Positions 62,310-64,000 of a stretch of 64,000 bases of DNA are shown here, piece by piece (position 1 is the first letter of the stretch; each line of letters starts with the position of its first letter). The position numbers and the translations under genes are program-made. The stretch lies in the NCBI RefSeq assembly GCF_003918875.1, contig NW_025767019.1, positions 992,001 to 1,056,000 of the forward strand, written 5' to 3'. The DNA is from Haliotis rubra. Its lineage: Eukaryota. The notes beneath the pieces were generated by a model. The model was not told where the DNA came from. It searched no databases and worked only from the letters and a program-made list of their open reading frames with translations.

Positions 62310-64000
62310 TGAGTGAGTGAGTGAGTTAATATTTAACGTCACATCGGCAATATTTCAGCCATATCGTGACGTGAACATTATACATTGAAATGGAATAGAT
62401 GTAGATTATACAACCTGTCTACGAAGGACAGTAAAACAACTGGAATATCACAGATATACATGTAAAACTAGTAATTAAATCTAAAATATTTGAACTATAG
62501 GTGAAAACACAATATAAAAATAGGCTATATATCGCCAACAACTGAAGGTAGATCACCATACTAGAGACCATGGGGACTTACAGTACATTTGCTTCCTGCA
62601 TGGACCCTAGCTGGATTTACACCATCCCTTCAGCTATTAGCAATTTTAGAAAATCTAGCCACAAATTAAACGAACATATATTCTACGATTAAAATGGTAG
62701 AAGGTTTAAATCCACTTCGAATGTATTGGGACTTACGTACCCTCTCAGGAGGACAATAAAACTACGTATCTTTAAAATACATCTATCTACAGAACATATT
62801 AATCAAAATTCATCAATCAAATCAATTTCTTTTAAAAAACCAAGAATTAAATGAACATGAACAGTGTTAAAAAGATCCTTAACAGTTTTAACATTGAAAT
62901 AGTTATCCCTTATGATGGAGAATTCGACAAATTCAAGCAGGAGATGCTTGACTGTGACTCTCTCATCACAGGGGATACAAAGCGGAGGATCTTCACCTTT
63001 CAACAAGTATTTGTGAGTATACCTTGTATGGCCAATACGACATCGTCGCATGATGACCTCCTCAAATCTGGACTGACAACCCAAGTGAGTGTAACCAATA
63101 TAAGGTTTTATTTCATGTAATTTGTTAATACCTACTGGGGTGTCCCACTGCTTTTGCATCAGATCACAGATGTAAGTTCTAATGCTAGCTTTGTAATCAG
63201 AGTATGGAATAAGAAGTGGTGTACAGATTTGTTGAGTGCTGCCTTAGCAGCAAGATCAGCCATAGTATTCCCACAAATGCCAACGTGGCTGGGTAACCAA
63301 CAAAAAACGATGTCGCATTGGCCAGTAGCAAGATCATTATACAATTCAATAATTTCTAATAAAAGTGGATGTTTACAAGAAATATTTTTAATAGCCTAAA
63401 GACACGAAAGAGAATCGGAAAAGATGATGTATTGTTTATATTTACGGTAGTTATTGATATATCTAAGAGCTGTTAATATAGCGTGAGCTTCCGCTGTGAA
63501 AATAGAACTGTTATTTGGTAATCGAGAAGATATTGTTCTGGATCCAATGACAGTGGCACAAGCAACCGTGCCACCATCCTTGGACCCATCTGTAAATAAG
63601 GATTTATATGGATTATATTTACTTTTTAATTGATTATATTCTTGTTTATATTGTAATTAATTTGTTTCCGATTTTTAAAAGTTGTTAGTGTTAGGTCAAC
63701 TTCTGGTCTAACTAACTGCCAAGGAGGAGAAGAAAACAGACGGGAAGAAGATATATTTTCTAGCTCAATACCAGCAGCAGAAATGAAAGGTTTGACTCTT
63801 AGTCCCAGAGGCGGAACAAGAGAAGACTTTGTATTGTAGAGATCCTCATAAAGAGGATGAAAAACACAGTTAAATGCAGGGTTAGACTCGTGAGAATATA
63901 ATTTGGTTATATACTGTAAGGATAATTTTATACCGCGTTGGCTAAGAGATGGCTCATCAGCCTCAACGTACAGACTGTCAATAGGAGAAGTTCTGAAAGA
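62310..64000 (-). mobile_element. I/Nimb-like LINE 3' portion with RNase H and CCHC domain, degraded
   Basis: LFTDGSKDGG..., SIFTAEAHAI, IIFSDSLS, FCWLPSHVGICGNTMADLAAK, RCRIGHTRYTH..C..C....TVKHLL; stops and frameshifts present; (ACTC)n 3' tail. Confidence 0.88.

Overview
Intron-rich, AT-rich animal genomic DNA. The SINE repertoire suggests a mollusc, plausibly a gastropod such as abalone (inference). I reconstructed the spliced genes by hand: MED28 (+, 4 exons); ZDHHC16 palmitoyltransferase (-, 8 coding exons, one a U12-type intron); a 2-exon THAP-domain gene (-); four tRNA-Leu genes; NOP56 (+, 10 exons); and two near-identical CDC25 phosphatase genes in divergent orientation either side of an assembly gap. 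The right-hand CDC25 lies between ~3 kb direct repeats. It is followed by an intronless virus-like cassette, probably from a Maverick/Polinton: tandem-PC4 ORF, BIR/IAP ORF and two small ORFs, behind a MEF2/AP-1 motif cluster. An RNase H-bearing LINE truncates the cassette. Introns contain many SINEs, MITEs and LINE/Tc1/MULE remnants. Most notable: (1) minisatellites seeded from functional junctions, including about 36 tandem exon-end/5' splice-donor copies in ZDHHC16; (2) a structured element with cryptic splice sites in the NOP56 intron equivalent to the human snoRD86 autoregulatory intron; (3) the viral-like PC4+IAP cassette; (4) the CDC25 duplication, with a frameshift that an alternative acceptor could rescue.
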